Shown: piece by piece, positions 7,693 to 15,899 of the stretch
Position numbering within the stretch: the stretch's first letter is position 1
Layout of the letters: each line of letters starts with the position of its first letter
Virus record (IMG/VR): IMGVR_UViG_3300009428_000005
DNA length: 20,000 bases
Strand: one strand, 5' to 3'
DNA from: an uncultured virus (IMG/VR IMGVR_UViG_3300009428_000005)
Taxonomy: Duplodnaviria; Heunggongvirae; Uroviricota; Caudoviricetes
Position numbers and translations under genes: made by a program
The notes under the pieces: model-generated
Databases searched by the model: none
Told to the model about the DNA's origin: nothing
The model's input: the letters and a program-made list of their open reading frames with translations, nothing else

Positions 7693-9657
7693 ATGAGAAT
7701 AGATAATCCACAAGTATCCAAACTCGAATTCCAAGCAGGTGCAGTAGTAGCTGATTCGAATTTTACAGGATCATTCACAGGCTCCTTTGTAGGAGATGCA
7801 ACCGGAGCTTCATACACAGCACCAGTTCTATCGTCCGCAGCACAAGGACAAGCAAAACTTACAACTAATGGTGTAGCAGCGTCAGCAGTAGATTTAGGTC
7901 TCCAAACTGACGATAGTCCTCAATTTACAGGAATTGAATTAGGTCATGCAACCGATACTACAGTAACTAGAGTATCAGCAGGAGTATTAGCAGTAGAAGG
8001 TACAACAGTACAACTACATCTTTCTGAAGGAGGATTTGCAAATGGAGATAAAACAAAATTAGATGGTATTGAAGCTAGTGCAGATGCAACTGATACAACT
8101 AATGTAACTTCAGCAGGTGCATTAATGGATAGTGAGGTAAGTAACCTTTCATTAGTAAAAGGTTTAACAAAAGGTATCTCTGATGGAAATGTTTTAACTG
8201 CTAACGATGTAGTTGCAGATGATGATTTTTTAAGAATCAATGGAGCAGAAGTAGAAGGTTTAACTGCAGCTGAAGTTAGAACTGCATTAAATGTTGAAAA
8301 TGGAGCAGATGTAACAGATGCAACTAATGTAACTTCAGCAGGTGCATTAATGGATAGTGAGTTAACCGATTTAGCGGGTATCAAGGGTGTAACAATCTCA
8401 ACACTACAAGTTAAACCATCAGAAGGAGCATTTGCAAGTGGAGATAAAACAAAATTAGATGCAATTGAATCAAGTGCAGATGTAACAGATACAGCTAATG
8501 TAAAAACAGCATTAAATGCTTCACTAGGCGGTTCAGCAAATATAGGTAATAGTTCAGATACAATTACCATACCAGGTGATTTAACAGTAACTGGAACAAC
8601 AACTACAAACAACGTAACAACAGTTTCAACATCAAATGGTGTTGTATTCGAAGGTACTGCCGCAGATGGACATGATGCTACTCTTTTATCAGTAGTTGCA
8701 GGTGCAGATGTGACATATACATTACCAAACGCAACTGGTACAATTGCTTTAACAAGTAACTTGGCAAGTGTGGGTGATGGTGGATTAACACAAAATAACT
8801 TTACAAATGCTTTAAAAACTAGATTAGATGGTATTGAAGCTTCAGCAACCGCTGACCAAACTGCATCTGAATTAAGAAGTGCTATTGGAACTGGAAATGG
8901 GAATTTAGTACCATCTGAAGGTTCAGCAGGAACATTCTTAAAACATGATGGTACATTTGGAACTCCTTCATATACAACCAATACAAATACAACGACAACT
9001 TCTGATGTAACTTCAGCAGGTGCATTAATGGATAGTGAAGTAGATAACTTAGCAGAAGTTAAAGCATTCGATTCAACAGATTACGCTACAGCAGCACAAG
9101 GAACTAAAGCAGATGCTGCATTACCTAAAGGTGGTGGTGCAATGACAGGGGCTATTACAACTAATAGTACGTTTGATGGAAGAGATGTTGCAACTGATGG
9201 TACTAAATTAGATGGTATAGAATCTTCTGCAACAGCAGATCAGACATTAGGAGATCTAAACTTAGATACTGACGATGACGTACGGTTTGATAGCTTTGGA
9301 GTAGGTACAGCAGCATCTGGTACAACAGGAGAGATTAGAGCAACTGGAGATATTACAGCATACTATTCTTCTGACGAAAGACTAAAAGAAAACTTTGCAC
9401 CACTAGCAGGAGCTTTAGATAAAGTAAACCAAATAGGTGGATACGAATTCGATTGGAAAGAAGGAATTGAAGAAATAGTAAGCAAAGAAGGACACGACAT
9501 TGGAGTTAAAGCACAAGAAGTACAAGCTGTATACCCAGAGTTAGTTCATGAAAGAGACAATGGATATTTAGCAGTTGATTATGTAAAATTAACAGCAGTA
9601 TTAATAGAAGCAGTTAAAGAATTATCTGCTAAAGTAGATAAGTGTAATTGTAATTAA
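7693..9657 (+). CDS. Tail fibre protein with C-terminal peptidase S74 intramolecular chaperone domain
   Basis: C-terminus 'GEIRATGDITAYYSSDERLKEN...ALDKVNQIGGYEFDW...DIGVKAQEVQAVYPELV...YLAVDYVKLTAVLIEAVKEL' is the S74 signature. 'KTKLDGIExxAxAD'-type repeats (4) and 'VTSAGALMDSE' repeats (3) in the shaft. Confidence 0.92.
   Translation: MRIDNPQVSKLEFQAGAVVADSNFTGSFTGSFVGDATGASYTAPVLSSAAQGQAKLTTNGVAASAVDLGLQTDDSPQFTGIELGHATDTTVTRVSAGVLAVEGTTVQLHLSEGGFANGDKTKLDGIEASADATDTTNVTSAGALMDSEVSNLSLVKGLTKGISDGNVLTANDVVADDDFLRINGAEVEGLTAAEVRTALNVENGADVTDATNVTSAGALMDSELTDLAGIKGVTISTLQVKPSEGAFASGDKTKLDAIESSADVTDTANVKTALNASLGGSANIGNSSDTITIPGDLTVTGTTTTNNVTTVSTSNGVVFEGTAADGHDATLLSVVAGADVTYTLPNATGTIALTSNLASVGDGGLTQNNFTNALKTRLDGIEASATADQTASELRSAIGTGNGNLVPSEGSAGTFLKHDGTFGTPSYTTNTNTTTTSDVTSAGALMDSEVDNLAEVKAFDSTDYATAAQGTKADAALPKGGGAMTGAITTNSTFDGRDVATDGTKLDGIESSATADQTLGDLNLDTDDDVRFDSFGVGTAASGTTGEIRATGDITAYYSSDERLKENFAPLAGALDKVNQIGGYEFDWKEGIEEIVSKEGHDIGVKAQEVQAVYPELVHERDNGYLAVDYVKLTAVLIEAVKELSAKVDKCNCN
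8096..9038 (+). repeat. Dispersed exact intragenic repeats encoding (TN)VTSAGALMDSE
   Basis: 41-nt identical copies at 8096-8136 and 8321-8361; a 34-nt identical core again at 9005-9038. Confidence 0.9.
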
Positions 9658-9672
9658 TATACATTAAACGTT

Positions 9673-10218
9673 ATGGGATTAAAAATAAGTTGCGAATTAG
9701 AAACAAGTTCTGGACCTACTGATGAACTGTACATACGTATTGATACGTGGAAAATAAACAGGTCTGTAAGTGAAATTAGATTCACTACAACATCTTGGCT
9801 AAACAAAAAGTTTGGGAAAGATATGAACAGACAATATACATCAGAGCCTTATAATAATGCTATTGGTCTAGTATCTTCAAAAGTAATTTGCTATGATAAT
9901 AGTAAGGACGGAGAAGAAAAAGAGATAGTTAATCTCTATAAGTTTCCAATAGCTACTAAAAAGAAAGTTACTGTTCCAGTTTATGAAGAACAGAGTTTTA
10001 AAAGAGAAGTACCTTACATAAGCTTCAATGAAGAAGGAGAAGAGTTAACTCTTTACCGTACCGTAGAAGAAAAGAAAAATGTAAAAGTAGGAGATAAACA
10101 AGAAGTAAGAGAGGTAATAGACTCCTCAATTATTGATAATTTAACAAAGGTTTCTTATAAACATCTAGCTTCCGAGTTAGGTAAGTTATTTCCTAAAGAT
10201 AAAATAATAAAAGATTAG
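9673..10218 (+). CDS. Hypothetical protein, possible tail-fibre assembly/accessory factor
   Basis: 181-aa charged ORF directly after the S74 fibre. Function inferred from position only. Confidence 0.55.
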   Translation: MGLKISCELETSSGPTDELYIRIDTWKINRSVSEIRFTTTSWLNKKFGKDMNRQYTSEPYNNAIGLVSSKVICYDNSKDGEEKEIVNLYKFPIATKKKVTVPVYEEQSFKREVPYISFNEEGEELTLYRTVEEKKNVKVGDKQEVREVIDSSIIDNLTKVSYKHLASELGKLFPKDKIIKD

Positions 10219-10220
10219 AC

Positions 10221-10670
10221 ATGGCAGTACAAACATACGGAACAACAAACATTTCTTTTAGCTCTTTTGATACATGGGCAAATAATATTAGCTCAGATTC
10301 GAATGTAACTATGAATGATGCACTGGCAGATGCCTCACCGAGCAACAGTAACCCAACTGCTGCAAGTGAGATACGAGACAATAATTGGTTTTATGGATCA
10401 ATACAGGTATCATCTGGAGGATATGTAGATGTAGCAGGACCAGGAAGTTATGCTTTAGCAGATCAGACAGGTACAGTAGCATTAAAAAACTGTAATTTAG
10501 ATGAAGGTAACTTAACACTTACTGCAGACGAAACAGCAGCATACCCTAAAACTTTTGTTAGATGGAGAGCTGGTGGATCAGGAGGATCACAAATTCAAAC
10601 TGGTACTACTCTTACCTTGAATGCAGCAGCACAAACAAGTACTACAGTATTTTACGCAGAATTTACATAA
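10221..10670 (+). CDS. Small putative virion structural protein
   Basis: 149 aa, S/T/A/G-rich like the fibre genes. The C-terminal 'LTLTA...YPKTFVRW...FYAEF' resembles an InlB-B/Flg_new-like small beta repeat. Confidence 0.6.
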   Translation: MAVQTYGTTNISFSSFDTWANNISSDSNVTMNDALADASPSNSNPTAASEIRDNNWFYGSIQVSSGGYVDVAGPGSYALADQTGTVALKNCNLDEGNLTLTADETAAYPKTFVRWRAGGSGGSQIQTGTTLTLNAAAQTSTTVFYAEFT

Positions 10671-10674
10671 TAAT

Positions 10675-10703
10675 TTGTAAGTAAGCAGTAAATTTCGTAT
10701 ATT
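10675..10703 (+). promoter_or_regulatory. Sigma70-like promoter TTGTAA-N17-TATATT heading the enzyme operon
   Basis: -35 at 10675-10680 and -10 at 10698-10703 with 17-nt spacing. Shares TTGT-N14-TTTCGTA with 6695. Confidence 0.6.
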
Positions 10704-10732
10704 AATGGTTATAATAGTTAAAACAATAGGTT

Positions 10733-11590
10733 GTGCAAGTACTGTGGGTATTAGAGAACATAAAGACAGATAAAGAGAAACATCTCTTTTATACTAAGCT
10801 TGATAGTTTATTACTATTGAGCTCTGTTTTTTTATATAAGAAGAATCATCCTAATGATACTTGTATACTATACTGCGATAAATCAACAAAAGACTTTCTT
10901 AAAACACTCAATGCTTTAGACCTTTGGGATGAAGTAAAAAATCTAGCAATAAATACCTTTATTGACAAGAGTGTATTTTGGGCTTCTAGTAAATTAGAAG
11001 TACTAAGGAATATAAAAGAACCAACTATAGTAATGGATAATGATTTCTTGATATATAAGAACATATCAGAAATGTTAAACGATAAACCTGTCTTTACTCA
11101 TAAAGAAGACGGAACAATGTACTATCCTACAGCAAACGATCCTTTTATAGCAGAAATATCAGATATGATATCTAGACCTGTACCCCAAGCGATAAATTGT
11201 AGCTTTTGTTACTTTCCTGATTATAAATTCGCAAATAGTTATGCTCAATTTAGTTTAGAGATGATGGAGAGATTTACTAAATTAAAAGCTCCAAATTCTA
11301 CTTTTCTTATTTTTGCTGAGCAACTTACCTTGAGACACCTATTAGATTACCATAGAGTAGAGTATACTACTCTAATGAAACAAGAATGGGTATGCGAAAC
11401 TAAGGTATTTAGAGCAACAGAGAAAGGTATTATAGCACCTCCTAATCACGAACTATACTTTAAGCACTACTGGATGGATAAGCCTATAATCAGAAAAGAC
11501 AAGAATACTAAAGAGTATAAAACACTTTATAACATATTAAAAAACCAACCAGAGTTAAACTTAGAACCTTTAAAAGAACTTAAAAATTGA
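10733..11590 (+). CDS. DUF6734-like / GT-A-fold-like protein (paralogue 1)
   Basis: GTG start; 'LYCD', 'FWASSKLEVL...PTIVMDNDF' (DxD), 'INCSF', 'IFAEQ', 'YFKHYW'. Colinear with the next ORF. Confidence 0.55.
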   Translation: MQVLWVLENIKTDKEKHLFYTKLDSLLLLSSVFLYKKNHPNDTCILYCDKSTKDFLKTLNALDLWDEVKNLAINTFIDKSVFWASSKLEVLRNIKEPTIVMDNDFLIYKNISEMLNDKPVFTHKEDGTMYYPTANDPFIAEISDMISRPVPQAINCSFCYFPDYKFANSYAQFSLEMMERFTKLKAPNSTFLIFAEQLTLRHLLDYHRVEYTTLMKQEWVCETKVFRATEKGIIAPPNHELYFKHYWMDKPIIRKDKNTKEYKTLYNILKNQPELNLEPLKELKN

Positions 11591-12531
11591 TAGGAGTACA
11601 TGCTTATTGGTCTAACCCTGTATTAACAGGAACAGCAGGACACCATACAAAAGAAAGTATGGAAACATACTCTATGTTTAATTTTGAACTCTTACACTTT
11701 ATATTATCAGCACTAATGTATAAAAAACATATTGGTGAAATACACTTATACACAGATGATACATTTAAGAGTTACTTAGAAAAATTAGGATATGATATAT
11801 ACTGGGATAAAATAGATACTAGTAAAACTAAACAGTTCAACAAACTAAATATTAACTCAGTTAATAACTGGACTGCCTTTAAAACCTGGTTAATAGGAGA
11901 GTTAGAATGTCCATTCGTTCTTTTAGATCATGATAATTTAATATACACCCCTATACCTGACGAACTATGGGATGCTGATGTTAGATTTGCACACTTAGAA
12001 GAAATTAATCCCTACTACTACCCTGATAAAGATAAATTAAAAGTAGAAGGATTTAAATATGATGACGATTGGAATTGGGATGATGAAGTATGTAACACAA
12101 GCATCCTATACTTTAATAACCCAGAATTTAAAAAGAAATATGCTGATAAAGCAATGCAGTTTGAACTATTAAATAATGTACAGGATCCTCATCTATCTCA
12201 GGTACAGTATTTATTTGCTGATCAACGTCTACTAATGATGATGATGAAAACTGAAAATATAGAATGGGGTACCTTTAGTAACCTTAAATTTTTACCTTTA
12301 GAAAAAGAAATTAGAGATTCATGGACTGTTATAGATGATAATCCATTAGTACAGTCAATAGGGTTTGATCATACCTGGTCTTTTAAACACCAACTAAAAG
12401 AAGAAACAGTAAACTTTAATAGACATAGTTCTAATAATTTAATACTTTATTTAGAAAGACATAAAAAAATGTTAGAAGATAACTTCCCTCAGTATTTAGA
12501 TAATTTAAAACCACTCTATAATGTTAATTGA
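11587..12531 (+). CDS. DUF6734-like / GT-A-fold-like protein (paralogue 2)
   Basis: TTG start overlapping the upstream TGA (TTGA); 'LYTD', 'NWTAFKTWL...PFVLLDHDN' (DxD), 'CNTSI', 'LFADQ', 'GFDHTW'. Confidence 0.55.
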   Translation: MIGVHAYWSNPVLTGTAGHHTKESMETYSMFNFELLHFILSALMYKKHIGEIHLYTDDTFKSYLEKLGYDIYWDKIDTSKTKQFNKLNINSVNNWTAFKTWLIGELECPFVLLDHDNLIYTPIPDELWDADVRFAHLEEINPYYYPDKDKLKVEGFKYDDDWNWDDEVCNTSILYFNNPEFKKKYADKAMQFELLNNVQDPHLSQVQYLFADQRLLMMMMKTENIEWGTFSNLKFLPLEKEIRDSWTVIDDNPLVQSIGFDHTWSFKHQLKEETVNFNRHSSNNLILYLERHKKMLEDNFPQYLDNLKPLYNVN

Positions 12532-13426
12532 AAACTTTAATAAACACATACATCAAATTTGGTTTCAGAAACCAGATAGCAATTACGGAATAGGATGCAT
12601 AGGAAATAAAGATTATATAGAGTTCTCTAATAGCCATAAAGACTTCTGCGATAAAAAAGGTTGGGGGTATACATTATGGAACGAAACTACTGTTCTTACT
12701 TTGATAAAGGAACATTTTCCTGAAAGATTAGAAGAATATAAGACAATAACAGGAGTAATTAAAAAAGTAGATTGCGCTAGATTAATGATACTTTATGTTT
12801 ATGGGGGTTTATATTTAGATATGGATACAGTTATAAAAAGAGATTTAGATGAATTTCTAAACCTTACTACTATAGTAAGAGATGACTACCCTTTCTCCGA
12901 TTGGCATATAGCTCCAGAACTTAAAATACAGAATTCTTATGATATTATTGTAGGTCAAGAAAAGACAGTATACGAGTACCACTATAACAAATACGGTTTA
13001 GTTATACCTAAATTAAATAACGCAGTAATTTTTGCCAAAAAAGAATACAGGTTATTTTTAGAGATTTTAGACTTAGGATTTAAAAGAAAAGGTAATACCA
13101 TATTAAATTCTTTTGGGGTACATACTTTTTCATTAAAGCTATATCAAGAAATGAATAAACAAATAAGTGGTATGTTAGATGCAGATGATTATGCAGCAAC
13201 TTCTAATATACTTACGACCCCTACAGTTTACTTCTACGAAGTAGATACTGACGCTGATTGGTATGAAAAAGGAGGAGGAAACCCAATACATAAGAATAGC
13301 CCTAACCAGTATATACTACATTTTTTTGATGGAGATTGGGATGAAAACACTTACGGTGATTTTTTATTGAATGAAGTACCGGGAGAAACATTAGACGCAG
13401 CAGGAGGAGATTGGTATGAAGATTAA
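12521..13426 (+). CDS. Glycosyltransferase, GT32/OCH1-like (Gly_transf_sug DxD)
   Basis: 'KHIHQIW', 'YTLWNE', 'KVDCARLMILYVYGGLYLDMD', 'LNNAVIFAKK'. Confidence 0.85.
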   Translation: MLIENFNKHIHQIWFQKPDSNYGIGCIGNKDYIEFSNSHKDFCDKKGWGYTLWNETTVLTLIKEHFPERLEEYKTITGVIKKVDCARLMILYVYGGLYLDMDTVIKRDLDEFLNLTTIVRDDYPFSDWHIAPELKIQNSYDIIVGQEKTVYEYHYNKYGLVIPKLNNAVIFAKKEYRLFLEILDLGFKRKGNTILNSFGVHTFSLKLYQEMNKQISGMLDADDYAATSNILTTPTVYFYEVDTDADWYEKGGGNPIHKNSPNQYILHFFDGDWDENTYGDFLLNEVPGETLDAAGGDWYED

Positions 13427-14258
13427 CCTAGTTACAGTAGTCGGGTACAATACCCCCATATTACCGCATATGTTAAAGCATTACGAGAATATGGTTGATA
13501 AGATATATCTCTGTGTTTACACCGATCGTCAGCATATTGGAGTTCTGAATGAATTAGAAGAGTTAAATATTAAACCATATAAGGTTGTAGTTGATGATAA
13601 ATTTAACTGGTATCAAGTAACTAAGATTTATAACGAAGTAAAAAGGTCCCGTCCAAATGACTGGTGGATAGTAGCTGATGACGATGAACTACAAATATAC
13701 CCAGACACAGTTGAAAGTATAGTGAAACACTGTGATAACAAAGGATATGACTTTGTCACAGGAGGGTTCTTAGATAGAATAGGTACTAATGGTACTTTCC
13801 CCAAAGTACCGAGAGATACGGATATTCATAAGTTATTTCCTAATGCCGGTTTTTTTAGATATCCAATGTCTGGAGCCTGTCCTAATAAAGTAACTTTAAT
13901 GAAAGGGTATCAAGATGTAACGGATGGACAACATTACGCTGATTTTAATAACGGTAGTAACAGTTGGGGGATAACTCACCCTAAAAGAATGCCTGTAGAA
14001 GAATGCTTTACACAGGTTCATCATTTTAAGTGGGATTCTACTATTTTAGAAAGATTACTATGGTGTTCTAAAATGCAAGATAACTACAAACATTGGTATG
14101 AGTATAGAGATATGTATGATGCAATAGCAGATAATGATATGAAATTCGACTTAAAAAAATCGGAGTATTTAGTTGAGAACTTAATTGAAAGTTCGTATAT
14201 TGGTTATTCTACCTACTCTAAATGGAGTACATTAACAAATAAAATAGTTAAAATATGA
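13416..14258 (+). CDS. Glycosyltransferase, GT2-like (Glyco_tranf_2_4 type)
   Basis: 'LPHMLKHY..MVDKIY', 'DWWIVADDDEL', 'GQH', 'VHHFKW'. Confidence 0.7.
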   Translation: MKINLVTVVGYNTPILPHMLKHYENMVDKIYLCVYTDRQHIGVLNELEELNIKPYKVVVDDKFNWYQVTKIYNEVKRSRPNDWWIVADDDELQIYPDTVESIVKHCDNKGYDFVTGGFLDRIGTNGTFPKVPRDTDIHKLFPNAGFFRYPMSGACPNKVTLMKGYQDVTDGQHYADFNNGSNSWGITHPKRMPVEECFTQVHHFKWDSTILERLLWCSKMQDNYKHWYEYRDMYDAIADNDMKFDLKKSEYLVENLIESSYIGYSTYSKWSTLTNKIVKI

Positions 14259-14485
14259 GTAAAATAGACAAAAAAGCAGACGATATAGTATTAGAACAAC
14301 GTAAAGTTAGAGCCCTAGAAAAAATATCCTTATCTTTAGATAGCCTAACTATGTGGTTTGAAGAAATAGACAAAGAAGGCTGGGGAGATAGAATGGCATG
14401 GTATCTTAGTCTCTGGAAAGAGCAGTACATAGATGAAGCTTCAACAACTAAGTCTAAACCGTCTAAGTCTAAAAAGAATGCATAA
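14255..14485 (+). CDS. Small hypothetical protein (76 aa)
   Basis: Start overlaps the upstream stop (ATGA) and its stop overlaps the downstream ATG 14478. Helical and Trp-containing, with a basic tail. Confidence 0.65.
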   Translation: MSKIDKKADDIVLEQRKVRALEKISLSLDSLTMWFEEIDKEGWGDRMAWYLSLWKEQYIDEASTTKSKPSKSKKNA

Positions 14486-15899
14486 ATTAGGTATAATTGT
14501 ACCTTATAGAAATAGACCAGACCAATTAACTAAGTTTAGAGAAAGTATTAATCAGTATATTACTGATATTAGCTTTGAATTAATTATAGTCGACCAACAA
14601 GGTAAGAAAGAATTTAATAGGGGAAGGCTTTTAAATATAGGATTCAAAGAAGCTGAGAAACTAGGTTGTGATTATGTAGTATTTCACGATATAGACATGT
14701 TGCCCATAGATGTCGACTATAGCTACTCGGATAAACCTCTTCACTTAATTACCGATTTGGATTTACCTCAAGGAGTATCTAGGACACTCTTTGATGAATA
14801 CTTTGGTGGTGTGACTCTTTTTCCTGTAAGTATATTTAAACAAATAAACGGGTATACCAACTTATACCAAGGATGGGGATTTGAAGATGATAACCTACTG
14901 CTCCGTTGTTTGGAAAACCATATTGCATTAGACGGTAATGAAACAGTACAAAAAGCAAGAGCAGCAACAGCATTAAAATTTAATGGTGAAGATAGTTATG
15001 TTGCAATACCTAACAAGCTGAATAGTTCAAGAAATTTTTCTATATTCGTATCTTTTAGTTACGATGAAATAAATACTAATCAGCATCAAATCTCAGATAA
15101 CAACTCAATATTTAGCATACCAGGGTTTGATACAACTTTAACTGTTAATTCCTTTTTTGACTTGACATTTCAGTTTTGGAAAAAGAATTTAGAGTCTATA
15201 TCTTTACCTACAAAAGGATTAAGAGCAGGTAGATATAATGCTGTAATTACTGTAAGAAGTAAAACTCTCAATGAAAATACTGATGATTTTATGCCACCTA
15301 CTGTTAAGATGTACATTAATGGAGAACTAGTTGGAGAAAATGCATTTGATAAACTATCAAATTTAAGGAAGTCAAAATATATCTACTTAGGAGTAGGAGA
15401 TCCCAATAGGGAAGAAAGAAGAAACTGGTTTAAAGGAAATATAGATACTTTTGCTACTTATAATACAGATTTAACAGAAAGGGAATGCCTACAGTTAGGA
15501 AATAATACCAATAGGAGTTTATTTGGCTTAGAATCAGGCTTGAGTTTATCATCATATTACGACTGTAAATTTGTAGATTCTGGGGAGCTTATAGATTTAA
15601 AAAAATCTGCTAACGGAACCGTAGTAAATTGTGAACAAGTAGATATTCATAAAACACCAGACGTCAAAAGACCAATACCTTTCAGAAGAAAAGGTAGATT
15701 TGAAGTATTACCTCATACAGAAAATGGATATAAAGATGGGTACTGGGTAAGTTGGTCTAGTAGGAATAACCAACTTAAGTATTTAGATAGTTATTATAAA
15801 TCAGGAACCGGTTATCATAAAGATGGTCTAACTACTTGCGGGTATAAAGTTATTAGTAAAGATTCTTTAGATAATTATCACCATATATTAGTAAACTAA
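14478..15899 (+). CDS. GT7 (beta-1,4-galactosyltransferase-like) glycosyltransferase with internal LamG/ConA-like domain (paralogue 1)
   Basis: True start is probably ATG 14478 (MHKLGIIVPYRNR). GT7 motifs FNRGRLLNIGF, VFHDIDMLP, YFGGV, INGY.N.YQGWGFEDD. LamG-like 'ALKFNGEDSYV...KMYINGELVG...IYLGVG...FKGNID'. Then the GT7 tail 'GRFEVLPH...DGLTTCGYKV'. Confidence 0.88.
   Translation: MHKLGIIVPYRNRPDQLTKFRESINQYITDISFELIIVDQQGKKEFNRGRLLNIGFKEAEKLGCDYVVFHDIDMLPIDVDYSYSDKPLHLITDLDLPQGVSRTLFDEYFGGVTLFPVSIFKQINGYTNLYQGWGFEDDNLLLRCLENHIALDGNETVQKARAATALKFNGEDSYVAIPNKLNSSRNFSIFVSFSYDEINTNQHQISDNNSIFSIPGFDTTLTVNSFFDLTFQFWKKNLESISLPTKGLRAGRYNAVITVRSKTLNENTDDFMPPTVKMYINGELVGENAFDKLSNLRKSKYIYLGVGDPNREERRNWFKGNIDTFATYNTDLTERECLQLGNNTNRSLFGLESGLSLSSYYDCKFVDSGELIDLKKSANGTVVNCEQVDIHKTPDVKRPIPFRRKGRFEVLPHTENGYKDGYWVSWSSRNNQLKYLDSYYKSGTGYHKDGLTTCGYKVISKDSLDNYHHILVN

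Noticed and set aside
3251..8981. Long minus-strand ORFs (3251..3958, 4883..5212, 5885..6136, 7944..8981)
   Set aside because: Antisense shadows of repetitive G/A/S/T-rich fibre genes with biased codon usage; no recognisable motifs.
8096..9038. 34-41-nt repeats as a CRISPR array or DGR template/variable repeat
   Set aside because: In-frame coding repeats with irregular long spacing, no adenine-specific mismatches, and no cas or reverse transcriptase gene in the window.
14433..14477. Tracked N-terminal extension of the first GT7
   Set aside because: It overlaps the 76-aa ORF; alignment with the paralogue (MKHKLGV vs MHKLGI) supports ATG 14478.
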